Of a DNA stretch of 64,000 nt, positions 1 through 10,698 are shown in pieces (position 1 is the stretch's first letter; every line of letters begins with the position of its first letter). Position numbers and translations under genes: made by a program. The stretch is from Fistulifera solaris (Eukaryota). The stretch covers positions 248,001 through 312,000 of the forward strand of contig AP026151.1 of assembly GCA_030295235.1 (NCBI GenBank). The letters run 5' to 3'. Under the pieces are notes generated by a model, which was given only the letters and a program-made list of their open reading frames with translations, did no database searches and had not been told where the DNA came from.

Positions 1-699
1 AATGAAGCGCTCTCAAGTTCATTTTCAGTGGGTATTCCGAAAACCAGAAGAACTCGTGAGAGCTATAACAAGTCCCGCTACTGCCACTAGTGGGACCTCA
101 TCACAATTCTTGAGAACACCCTTCGACCTGAGACGTAAGATTGTAGATCCCAGAAATGAAAATCAATTTTCATTACGCCGACAACAAGTAAGGCAAATTG
201 GAGTAGCCCCTTTGCAACCCCCAGTCATTACTGATGAACCATCAAAGATCGTATCCTATTTTTTACGACACAGCTTATCCATTTGTGGGAACCATTGAGC
301 AATTAAATTGTTTGGTTCAAGAACACGAGTTTGATATTCCAGAATCATTTCACGGAAACGGAAACAAATGATTTAACGATGAAAAGAAGGGCTTCAACCC
401 GAAAACGCAAGGGCGCAAACCAGCGAGGACTTGTGAGTGAGAACAATATTGCAATCCACGTGCGCTGAATACTCTTGCAGAGACAGCAAAAGGAAAGAAG
501 TGGAATAGAATCATTTATCACTGTAGGGACAAGAAAGAATGGAAACGATCTGATTTACAACAAAGAAGATGCCAGGGGATCTCTTCGGTCACTCCTTTTT
601 GCAATCCAGTGCAAAGGGCGTTGATAAAGGTCGCTGAGTCGTCACGACCTGAAGAGGGAAAGAAGCATCATATCAAGGTGCTAGTGGTGCCACGGCATC

Positions 700-1382
700 C
701 ATAACCAGTGAATGCCTTGAAATTATGAACTCGCAATGTTATTTCAATGACGCGATTGTGAACAGTTTCCTTGAAAGCATAACAAGCAAGACCGTGAACG
801 GATGAGGGAGTTATTGCACACCCGTCGTATGTCATGAGTAATCTGTGGGATTCCGCCAACCAAAATATTAAGAGAGAGGGTAGACTGCAGCTTAGTTCAG
901 CGTTTGTGGCATTGAATTCTATGACAAAATCGAACAATTTGGGCATTCATTTATTCCCTATGTGCAAGGAGAGGCACTGGTGGTTGATGGTGGTTGATGC
1001 CGATAATCGAAGTTATTTATTCGCTCGACTCCCTCGAAGATCCGGACGATCACTACTCTAATGCTGTCTGGCTTTCAGGTTTATTTAAATTGCGTGCGGT
1101 GAGGCAGCAATTAGAATGCTGGCCAACAAGCGAGCAGCAGGAATCAACATTACCCGATTTCGGCCTCCGTGGGAATACCAAGAAATGCGTCTTCCCAATA
1201 AACTATTGCAACATGATGGCCATAGTTGCGGACCATATGTATGTTTTTATGCGACAATTCTGAAACATGGTCGACGTGCCCTCAATGAGAGGACATGGTT
1301 CCTTGACTCTATTTCGGAGATTGGAGTCGGAGATGATCTCCGACCTTTTGTATTTGATGTTATGTTTCAATTGGCTGAATGA
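700..1382 (+). pseudogene. Ulp1/C48-family cysteine protease catalytic domain, frameshifted; probably cargo of a degenerate DNA transposon
   Basis: Motifs across frames: YFNDAIVNSFL (~740-770), HWWLMVVD (catalytic His), IYSLDSL (catalytic Asp), QHDGHSCGPYV (Gln and catalytic Cys). At least 3 frame breaks. Upstream 1-700 is fragmentary. Confidence 0.75.
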
Positions 1383-1499
1383 CACGTGTATAGAGTAATG
1401 TGTGATATTAATCAACCAAGTCTAGTTTGAAACTGAAATTGTGTAGATTGGGTTTTGATTATTTACACGAAGTAGTTTTCGACGAAAGCCTTGATCGGT

Positions 1500-1655
1500 G
1501 GAAGGTCACGTAGGCTGGGTTTTTCTTTATTGGAAGGTCGCGCCGCTGCATCAGGGTCACGTAGGCTGGTTTTTCTTTATTGACAATTGAGAGCGGTCGC
1601 GCTCGCTGACTTTTCTTTATCAAGAGCGGTCGCGCTCGCTGACTATTGTTTATTG
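1500..1655. repeat. Cluster of short imperfect direct repeats (possible transposon subterminal repeats)
   Basis: GGTCACGTAGGCTGG(T)nCTTTATTG occurs twice and GAGCGGTCGCGCTCGCTGACT twice, just downstream of the Ulp1 remnant. Confidence 0.7.
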
Positions 1656-2146
1656 AGGATTTGGTTATCTTAGAGGGGTGATTCATGAATCATCCGGGAC
1701 TGTCATTCATAAGGCTTTGTTACTTTATCGAGCAACCTAAGTAGATTCTAAGTAATTAGTACCACATCCAATGGCGCGTACTCTACTGTAAAGTTGAATG
1801 TAGTCAGTTAACGTCTCTCCTAACGGGAGAGCTATCGGAAGAGGTTCACCCTGGTTGGAGACCTAACGGAAGTCTCCCCCTCCCACAGGCTATGTACAAA
1901 AGCAATATTTGAGATTACAAAAGTACTCCCACGCCACGCTCCCCGCACCAGCACAAAATGAAAATCATCATCATCGTTTTTATTCTAATAACGCCGAGCA
2001 GCACCGCATTAGGGAAAATCTTTTTGTTACTTCTTCGCCCGGATGACAAAACGATTGCTGTCACCGGTCACCGAACCGATCCGTCAGGCACAAATCCTCT
2101 TCACACTCCACGCACCAGCATACCTCGTGCGGCTTCCCAACTCAAA

Positions 2147-2626
2147 ATGCCCAAGATGACACTTTCACTCAAGGTTCCCGATCGCCACGGCTACGTGATC
2201 CTTTCAACGGTCCTTGGGAGTCTCTTTCTAGTCCCAAATTTAATGGCTGTGTTTATGAAGGAAGCGCGTCGTAACCTGGCGTGGGGCATCCCTTTATACC
2301 GGGGGAATCATAGGGGCGCGGAGTATCTTAGTGAACTCCAGCGCGGTCATCAGAATATTCTCGACTCACTTCCAACAGTTGCCCTTGCGGCGTTGATCGG
2401 TGGTCTTCGCCATCCTCTTCTTTGCACCTTTTATTCTGCCTTGCACGCCGCAGAGTGCTATCTGTATTTGGATTGTATTTATTCCTCGCTTGGACACAAA
2501 AAAAACGGTGAAGCTGATAAAGTGGCAGGCTACTTGACAGACTGGGGAGTGCAAGGAACTGGATTCTATGGAACTGTTTCTGCTGCTGTTTCAGTGGCAG
2601 TAGAGATGCTCGTTTGCTTTGATTGA
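2147..2626 (+). CDS. MAPEG-family membrane protein (microsomal glutathione S-transferase 3-like)
   Basis: VP..GYVIL N-terminus, QRGHQNILDSLP motif, GGLRHP and hydrophobic helices. ATG 2147 preferred over 1958. Confidence 0.75.
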   Translation: MPKMTLSLKVPDRHGYVILSTVLGSLFLVPNLMAVFMKEARRNLAWGIPLYRGNHRGAEYLSELQRGHQNILDSLPTVALAALIGGLRHPLLCTFYSALHAAECYLYLDCIYSSLGHKKNGEADKVAGYLTDWGVQGTGFYGTVSAAVSVAVEMLVCFD

Positions 2627-2962
2627 CAATTTGCCTGGGAAACATAAGACAGTTTATCGGCCTGCGCATTGATTTTGCTTCTACCTTTACAAGTTAATGG
2701 CAGCTTGACTCAGCGGTCCGTGGAGCATGAATGATGACTTAGTAGCTCTATTGTAGGATCTCGATTAGATTATGGTTGGAATTACTCTACTAGACCTATG
2801 CTACACGATCGAACACAGCATTTTATAATTGGTCTAGGAATTCAACGATTTACCTTACCTGCTTGTATCTAAGATGACTCGAGCCAGGTGAGCAATTATA
2901 GTAAGACTCTAGACGACAACTGATGTACACCACTAAGGGAAAGTAGTAATGCGTGTTGCGTG

Positions 2963-3996
2963 TTATTCACTCTTCCCGGCTGGATCTTCATCCGAAAACG
3001 CTTTGATCGTAATGAGGACTAAAAGTTTAGCAATCGGAATTACCAATGTCCTTGATCCAGCTAGCATCGCTCCAGCAACATAGTATTGTGGCCGAGACCC
3101 CAACTTGTGTTCAAGGACACCTTTTGATAAATCTAATAGATTATTGCATGCAAGTGACTGCTTCTGTGAGCAGTCTCTGCACTGCGGATAAATCCTTTGC
3201 ACCACATCTACACCCTTGCGTTTCATTTCATTAGCAACACTATTGGGAGGAATATGGTCCGCAACAAATTTCCTCTGTTCGACTGTTCTCATTACGAACG
3301 GATGATACCGGGCACCAATACCGCAATGATGACAACCAAACAAACTCCCCAGCTTCTGCATCTTCATTCTTTTCTTCCGAGTCGCACGACTTTGAGTAGC
3401 AGGCCAGCTGGCAACCGCGAAAAGACCCGGCTTAGTCAGATCGGTAGGACGTGTCATTTGAAAAGGACCGACATGACTAAAAATTGAAAGAGCTACGCCG
3501 CAGCTGTTGATAAACCACCAAATATGAGCAATAAAGATCGGATCAAGTTGGCTCCGACGATACCAGAAGTTGCTGTTACTTACGTCACGATTTTGTCAGA
3601 TTTTGAATCGATCCAGTATTGTTCTTTGGAATCAAGAATTCGTTCCACATGGTATTTAGCTTTGATCGAAAAGGTTACCAAGTCGACGTGCTGTAATGCA
3701 TGCAGGTTTTCTTTGTCTTTCTCTCTTTCGGTAGATTCGAGCTGTTGATACATAAACGCGCCAGCAACTGTATCAGCGATCGATACGGCAACTAGAGACG
3801 CAGCGCAAACTGCTATCAGAATGTCCGAGTAGAGAAACTTTCCGCTTTTGTGGGCCCGGAGCTTGTAGAAATTCACAATGCAATTTTTCTTGTAGAGACG
3901 CGTTTGACGTTCTACTTTCGTGCACAAATCTAAAATAAGACCAAAAGTAACGGATCCTGCAAGTGTCCCTGCAAGTCGTCCAATCAGAAGTTCCAT
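2963..3996 (-). CDS. HNH-like Zn-binding nuclease-domain protein, copy 1 (long hydrophobic N-terminus)
   Basis: Exons 3996-3584 and 3503-2963 joined by a GTAAGT..AACAG intron (3583-3504) read in frame. Motifs KPGLFA, FGCHHCG, ADHIPP, IYPQCRDCSQKQ. Confidence 0.75.
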
Positions 3997-4679
3997 ACCT
4001 ATCCAACTTCTTTCAGAATGCATTCTAAAAGACAAACTTAGTTTTGTGCATAAAGGAGAGATATACCATCAGCGATTTCGTGGACAGAAAGCGACTGGAT
4101 GTGACGCAAACTTGATCCATGATTGCGACAGCATTCTGCTTGATAAGAGCTCAACGTCCGAATCGTGACAGCTTCTGGGAGAGTATGGACGCAAGAGTCG
4201 ACTTTGAACGTCGTCGACGAATAGCATTGGAAAAACGCCCGTAATGAAAGAAACCGACAGTCATCAATTCAAGCGACACGTGGTACGATGCACTCATCTC
4301 TTGTCAATAGGACGTCAAACATTTTTAATCGCTTGCCAGGCTCTTCGCGGTGAAGCACCTAAAAGACTAAGAGGATTGAATAATGATTGACCATAACATT
4401 TCTTGTTTGAGTTCATTCATGCGAGTGTGTTTTATGTCGTCAAAAAAAAGTACTCCGTAGTCTAGAGAGGAGTCGCATGTCGCATCATCTCTCATAGTCT
4501 CTTTGTAGCGCACGACCCGCATATTGCTTACCGCAAGGACACTAAGGTTTACTGGTATCGACTATCGAGTAACCTTACCGCTCGAAGGAGTTTTATTGTC
4601 AAAACATTCACGTTTTCGTTGCTATTGATTACGCTTGTTATTCACTAGACTAGTCTAATCACCTTTGCTAATCAATGAA

Positions 4680-5162
4680 TCAACGCGCCGGAACAAGAGA
4701 CAGCAGCTTCTTCGGTTTCTGCTTGGCGGCGCACGCGGAGCACTGCGGATAGAACTTTTCCACCATTTCTCCGCCGAAATATTTCACAATCTTGACTCTC
4801 CAACGGCTGTGGATGCAAGTGCGATCGGGATTGTAATCAATCTTTTGAATTCCCCACAGAAGAAATGATAGAATCTCTGATAAAAGGGATGACCAGTGCC
4901 GCATTTGTGGCAGCCGTAATCTTCTCCGAGCTCTTGAATTTTGGCTTCGACTTTCTTGCGGTTTTTGTTGGAAACAAAAGACTCCGTCGAGGGAGCGCGC
5001 ACGCCTTTACAGCGAATGGACCCGGACGTTCCAGCGTCGCGGTGCGAAAGCTGTGGTAAACAAGATTAGTGCATGAGAAGAAAGTATATTGCGCGTTTGT
5101 GAAACAGAAGTGTGTCGAACTTACTTTCGAGCGAGGCCAAGAGTTGGTCGAGTCAAGAACAT
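4680..5162 (-). pseudogene. HNH-like protein copy 2 (short leader), two frameshifts and altered DH motif
   Basis: Exon 5162-5125 (MFLTRPTLGLAR), intron 5124-5051, then RPGPFA / YGCHKCG / FYPQCSACAAKQ in different frames. PDR stands at the ADH position. Confidence 0.7.
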
Positions 5163-5485
5163 GTTTGGTCAATAAGCCAAAGATCTCTGAGACGATTGAA
5201 GTTATGATCAAAGACAAAGGAAAGTGAATGTTAGAAAAATTGATGAAACAGAATAAAAACCGGTCTCTGCACGAGTCGATGGAAACGGACAGCCACCGGA
5301 AACGGCACCTCAAGAAACAAGGGAGGTTGTGTGACGAACTAATGCTGCTGGAAACAACTATGGCTGGAAATGCAGCACAAGAGATAACGAGAAGGAGTAT
5401 CAAAATTTCGGGCTAAATTGGCCTATGCAATGGCTATCGTTTAGTTTTACTTTGATCTATCGCTAAGTGACGTGCGGTACTGGTT

Positions 5486-6002
5486 TCACCAGGCTCTGGA
5501 GATCCGCTTCCTCTTTGTCACGTACGTTGCCAAGATAGACTGCGTCTTTGTCGCAAACGAACGCGGCTTGATGATGGGACGGATCATGATTCGACGACCA
5601 ATGATGCTGAACGTAGCAAGGCCGATGGCACAACTGCGAAGATAGTACCAAAGAGGGTTTATGAGGACACGTGTTCAGCCCATGTTACTACCAAACTGAG
5701 TCAGTCTTCACTTACATCATGGTCTTTTCGTATCCCGGCGTTTTGAGCTCCTTGGTGAAAGGCCAGTTGTGATTCTCTGAAACCTCTTTTGAACGGGACG
5801 TGCTTCTGTACTCAAAGAGGAGCCATTTGAGGATGTCGAGCTCGTTATGTGGATGCTTGGTCTCCGAAATTCGCCTCTCTTCCTTTTTGTCCGCTATTTC
5901 TTGTGATTGATGGAGGAAGCGGTTAAGAAATCCCGTAGCCGGTGCTATGGTACCAGTGTCTTCGTGTACCACGCGTGGAGAGTGTGAGTGGGCGTTTCCC
6001 AT
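5486..6002 (-). CDS. Truncated paralog (copy 5) of the HNH-like family lacking the nuclease domain; MGNAHS N-terminus
   Basis: Exon 6002-5716, intron 5715-5634 (GTAAGT..CGCAG). Exon 2 CAIGLATFSIIGRRIMIRPIIKPRSFA aligns with copy 1 CGVALSIFSHVGPFQMTRPTDLTKPGLFA. It stops before CHxCG. Confidence 0.6.
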
Positions 6003-6404
6003 TTTTCTTTGCTCCTGCGACGTGCAGTTTTACAACGAACCACTTTTTATGTGCGATCTTCAAAGATGAAAAAAGAGAACTGCAGATGGAAATGGACCGA
6101 CAAGTCACGACAGCAAAAAAACGAAAACGGGCGGACGAAAACTGCTCCAATCCACGATCAAAATAGAGGTGCGACTCCGTTACTTGTATTAAGCAGTTCC
6201 TTAAGCGGTTTTGGGGTTCTGAATTTGATAACAACGTTGAGAGGGTCAAGACGATACGACGATATTGCTCTACCCTGTGGCACTGCTTCGATGTATGAGT
6301 AGAGCACGTATTGCGAAGACGGTCTTTTAAAAAAATTACTTTTACGCTTCCTGTGGCCGTCACCATTTTCAATCTCCGACAGAGCAAACAGAAGACACCA
6401 ACGA

Positions 6405-6870
6405 TTACTTTTGAGGAGCGACTTGTTGACACAATTTGCTTTGTTTCATAGCACAATGGGGGCACTGCGGATAAAACTGCTGGTTCACTACTTTTCCATC
6501 TTGCTTCATGCGCTTCACGATGCTGTTGGGAGGAATGTGATCCGCACGGAAGATAATTGTTTTGGATTCTCCACGCAAGATGCGATAAAGCAGCTTATAA
6601 AGCCAAGAGCCAGCACCGCACGTATGGCAACCATACTGTTCTCCAATGTCTTGGATCATCTTTCGTTCGTTCCGCGTCGCGTACTTGCTCGTTGCGGGCA
6701 GGCACTTTGCCGCAAATGGACCAGGTTTCGTATAACTCAAAGCACGCCGGATCTGGAATCGGCAACTGGAGGAGAAGGATCAGATTCACTAATTGAGGTG
6801 GAAATGAGGAAATTTAATCGAAGAGACCCACTTACGCTCGATGGATGAAAGTGCTAAAAGCAACAAACAT
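6405..6870 (-). CDS. HNH-like protein copy 3 (131 aa, short Arg-rich leader, intact domain)
   Basis: Exon 6870-6836, intron 6835-6766, exon 6765-6405 in frame: MFVAFSTFIHRACRFQIRRALSYTKPGPFA..YGCHTCG..ADHIPP..FYPQCPHCAMKQ. Confidence 0.75.
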
Positions 6871-7134
6871 AGTTGGATATTGCTTGAAGATCGATTGAAA
6901 TTGTGAGAACAACATAAGTACACGAAGCCGAAAATGTGGTTAGATCGTGGGAGAATGTGTCGATGGAAAGAGACGGAAACGTTGGATGGAAACGGACCGC
7001 TAGAAACGGCCTTAAAAACAACACGATTCAATTGAAAACTGACTTCTTCATTCTAAATCCGCATGAACTTCAAAGAAACAACGCATCTCTGGACTACGTT
7101 ATCGTGTACATATCTACGCTTTATTATAAAATAA

Positions 7135-8121
7135 CTATTTATCGTCTCCTTGATCACGTGTCAGATCATCCGCCCAACTCGTATCCTCATTCATCCATTC
7201 CGAATTACTATCTGTCAAAGTGCTGTTATTGTCTTCCCAATCGTCTTGCGGAACTCCTGGGGCCGGTATGGACATGTGAAACGGCTTCTCCGGATCCAGC
7301 CCTTGTTCTTGTTGCAACCGATTCTCGTACACGCGCCGCTGTTCACAATGTTTTCCAAAATCGACAATGGCTTTCAAATAAAGACTTTGCACGTCCTTCT
7401 TCCAATCCGACGATTTCATATCACGATCCAACCGTTGCAACTCTTCCAAAACTACGGGACAAAATTCTTCTGCCACAACCGAATGCCCCTGCAACAACGG
7501 GATCCGCGAGAACTCTTGCAAAATCATTTTCATGTCCGTGAATTGAACCGAAGCCATGACCGCAACTGCAAAACTGACGGTGCCATCCAAGATGAGTCCT
7601 AATACTTTGAGTACCAGGGGTTCTTGTAGCGGCGGAGGCCCGTTCGATATGGGAGGCGGAAAGGAGGACGATGGCGCTTGAAAGGGACTATTTTGTACGT
7701 GCGAATTGCCGTTTGCTCCAGGAATATTATTCGACGGAGGCTTTAAAGAGGCTTGAAATCGACGTTGCAACACAATTCGACGTACGCGACGAAGCAGCAC
7801 AAAGGAAAGGATCCCCGCCGCCGCTCCGGGCAACAAGCCCGAATTGTTCAATTTGAGCAGTATTTCCTTTTCGGCCGCTTCCAATTTGACTGACGAGGCT
7901 CCGCGCGTCATTCGGATGTTATCCAGTTTCCTTTGTAATGAAGAGAGAACAGATTCTACGATGAGCCCTTCTTGACGAAGCTTTTCTTTTGGCTTTTCAC
8001 CATGCGAGCTTCTTCGCGTCGCTGACTGTTGGGATCTTCGGGTGCTGACATTCTTAACTGATTTACGATTCTGTAACGCAAAATCAACTATTCTACGAGA
8101 TAAAAGCAGTTCATAAATCAA
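7135..8121 (-). CDS. Hypothetical protein with two hydrophobic segments (start uncertain; possibly ATG 8003 with a homopolymer error, or ATG 7911)
   Basis: 328-codon open frame with protein-like composition; no recognised motif. Confidence 0.65.
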   Translation of the reverse strand: MIYELLLSRRIVDFALQNRKSVKNVSTRRSQQSATRRSSHGEKPKEKLRQEGLIVESVLSSLQRKLDNIRMTRGASSVKLEAAEKEILLKLNNSGLLPGAAAGILSFVLLRRVRRIVLQRRFQASLKPPSNNIPGANGNSHVQNSPFQAPSSSFPPPISNGPPPLQEPLVLKVLGLILDGTVSFAVAVMASVQFTDMKMILQEFSRIPLLQGHSVVAEEFCPVVLEELQRLDRDMKSSDWKKDVQSLYLKAIVDFGKHCEQRRVYENRLQQEQGLDPEKPFHMSIPAPGVPQDDWEDNNSTLTDSNSEWMNEDTSWADDLTRDQGDDK

Positions 8122-8404
8122 CTAGCATTAGAAACAGTCACAAAGGAGCGAACTGCATCATCATTGCATGCAAATGATAATGTTGCTGTCGTTTCGATGC
8201 GTTTCTTTCATTCTCATTCTTGGCCATATCAATCCCTAGTCACTTTCGCTCCCGAGTAGATCGTCACTAAAGATGATTTTGAGCTGTTGGACGCGCAGCA
8301 GACAGACGGACGCGCTCTATTTTCATTGATGTCGATCGGCACATGATGATGGTTCCCTGCTCCCTGCCCTTCATTTTTAATTAGTAGGTATAGAAGAGTA
8401 AGCC

Positions 8405-9631
8405 ATGAAGCTGTTGTCAAGTATCTGCTTGGTCGGTTCTACCATCGCAATGGCGAAAGCATTTGTGATCCGATCCGCTTCATCATCACGACGCAAAATG
8501 GCCTCCAACGGGGCAATCACGGATGGCTTTTCGTACAGCATCGCCTCGGAATGTTTATCCGACTCCTGGATCAATCTGGTTCAAAATGGAAAGGTTTCGG
8601 CTACAATAAATGTGGATGGAGAAACGGCACGGTATGGAGTTACTTGGAAAGACGACCGGTGTTGTGAATTCGTAGAGGGCACATCACCACAAATCAAAGA
8701 ACTTCAAACGCTATTAGAGTCGAACAGTGCGCAACAAATCGTCACCACTGACGATGGGTATATTGTACAACTTCCTTTATTACGTACATTACGGCCTCCT
8801 CCATCGCCCGGATTCTCGGGTGCCGCTTTGTCCACACCACCACCGTACGACGCTTCGACCGATTCTTTCGTGACGGGTCCTTTGGCATTACAGCTCCGTC
8901 CTGTCGTCGCGACGTTAGCTCTTCCGCAACTCCACACACCGTGGCAAGTCTTTCACAATGTCAGTCCTGCCGATGTCCGGGGCCATTTTCTGCTAATTCC
9001 AACGTTGGACGAACCCGATACCAATTGGCGCGCACAAGCGCTCACGCCGGCCGATTGCCATGATTTGGTCCACTTGGCGTCATCTATCGCGCCCGTGGGT
9101 AGCTTGTTGATTGGATTTAACAGTGTGGGAGCGGCGGCAAGTCAAAATCACATTCACGCTCACGCGTGGCCCGCGTGGGATTATGCTGTATCGAATGCCA
9201 AAAGCATATTTGATTATTTTGATTTGGAGAATGGAGTGGAAGTGACGTGGCTGGAATATCCTGTCTTTTGTATTGAAATGTCTTCGTCGAATGGCGATGC
9301 ACTGGGTAGCGCTGTAGCGGATGTGTTACGTTGTCTCGGTGATGCGCCCTATAATGTAGGGTTTGTCAATCGTCAGGACGAGGACGACGAAATAGTTATC
9401 TACACGGATGTCTACATCTTTGCACGGTCGAAAGAGCGTTCGCAATCCATTCCGGAATTGAAACTGGGAATCAGTGAAATGATGGGAGTATTTCACGCGC
9501 AGAGTCAACAAGAATTCGAGCTGCTAAGCACGAACGAAGTAATGTCAAAGGCGCTTAGTGATGTCACCTATTACGACGAGACTACGCTTTGGCAGAAAAT
9601 CCGAGAAACGTTAACCGGTGAAGCGCAATAG
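8405..9631 (+). CDS. HIT-superfamily GDP-sugar phosphorylase-like protein (GDPGP1/VTC2-related), probably plastid-targeted
   Basis: NVSP..GHFLLIP and GFNSVGAAASQNHIHAH motifs; signal peptide ending AKA-F followed by a Ser/Arg-rich transit-like stretch. Confidence 0.75.
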   Translation: MKLLSSICLVGSTIAMAKAFVIRSASSSRRKMASNGAITDGFSYSIASECLSDSWINLVQNGKVSATINVDGETARYGVTWKDDRCCEFVEGTSPQIKELQTLLESNSAQQIVTTDDGYIVQLPLLRTLRPPPSPGFSGAALSTPPPYDASTDSFVTGPLALQLRPVVATLALPQLHTPWQVFHNVSPADVRGHFLLIPTLDEPDTNWRAQALTPADCHDLVHLASSIAPVGSLLIGFNSVGAAASQNHIHAHAWPAWDYAVSNAKSIFDYFDLENGVEVTWLEYPVFCIEMSSSNGDALGSAVADVLRCLGDAPYNVGFVNRQDEDDEIVIYTDVYIFARSKERSQSIPELKLGISEMMGVFHAQSQQEFELLSTNEVMSKALSDVTYYDETTLWQKIRETLTGEAQ

Positions 9632-10008
9632 TTTCAGGATCGGCTTCCAGAGGATCATAAAGTTGAGCTTCTTTGCTTATGTTCTTTCACTTTGACAAAC
9701 ACCAATATCTATCTTGAACATCTTCAAAGGTTACGCGAGTGGCTCTGATATCAAAACATCCAATCAAGGCCAGTTGCCGTACCCATTACCAACCGAGTGA
9801 ATCCTTTTTACAAGGTTTTCATTAGTTATTCTAGGACATAGTAGATTTTGTAAACGATAGTCATCACTTCAATTATAGCAAGCGTTTCTCAGTGGTATGT
9901 TCATTATATTATTTAAGCGCTTACGTTATGTACAGTATGTAAATGATGCCGAATATACATAAAAGGCAGTGATGTAGCGCTGAGGAAGCAATGTCTATGA
10001 TAGCCATT

Positions 10009-10698
10009 CTAAGCAACGACTTGCGCCGGTGTCATATCGTTCGAAACAAACAAGTCCAACAGAAAATGGCTCAAAGCCTGATCTTCATCTCCACGCACTT
10101 GTCGCACTCGAACGATCTGTTCACCAAAATTGGCCTCGAGGAACTCACTCAAATGCTGATGCGGCTCCGAAAGCGCAATGTCCGGCACTTGAAACTGGGC
10201 CCGGTACGCAGCATTCGCGTGTACTACCCGGTAAGGACTGTGAGCTTCAATCAAGAGAACCGGCGATCCGCAAAAACCGAGCGCTTGCTCAATGGAAACG
10301 ATACTTTTATCAATGTTCCATCCTTTTCCATTTGGACAGGACGGAAGGTCTTCCTCTGTCAGATTTCCAGACTTGAGTTTTCCACTGTTAGACAGCTGAG
10401 AAATCATGTCACACAAAGACGTCATGCGCTTGTCTTTCGTTCTGTTCAGTCGCTCCTGTCGCTTATCAAAGTTTGTAGCGCGTACCGTCCGTACCGAGTT
10501 AAACCGCACTCGAACGGGTCTTTCTTTGTTTCTTGGAGCTGTCGTGAGCGATTGACGATATTCATTGTTCTGATCCTGTCCCTTGCCATCATTACCATCG
10601 CCGCCTTCACTGCTCTCTGAAGATCTATCGGCAACATAGCCACTGTCTGCAGTGAAGCTCATGGTGCTGTTGTTACTTTTCTTGGTCCTAATTGTCAT
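10009..10698 (-). CDS. Hypothetical protein with C-terminal PAS-like segment
   Basis: Long ORF; LLIEAHSPYRVVHANAAY resembles the start of a PAS fold. Confidence 0.55.
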   Translation of the reverse strand: MTIRTKKSNNSTMSFTADSGYVADRSSESSEGGDGNDGKGQDQNNEYRQSLTTAPRNKERPVRVRFNSVRTVRATNFDKRQERLNRTKDKRMTSLCDMISQLSNSGKLKSGNLTEEDLPSCPNGKGWNIDKSIVSIEQALGFCGSPVLLIEAHSPYRVVHANAAYRAQFQVPDIALSEPHQHLSEFLEANFGEQIVRVRQVRGDEDQALSHFLLDLFVSNDMTPAQVVA

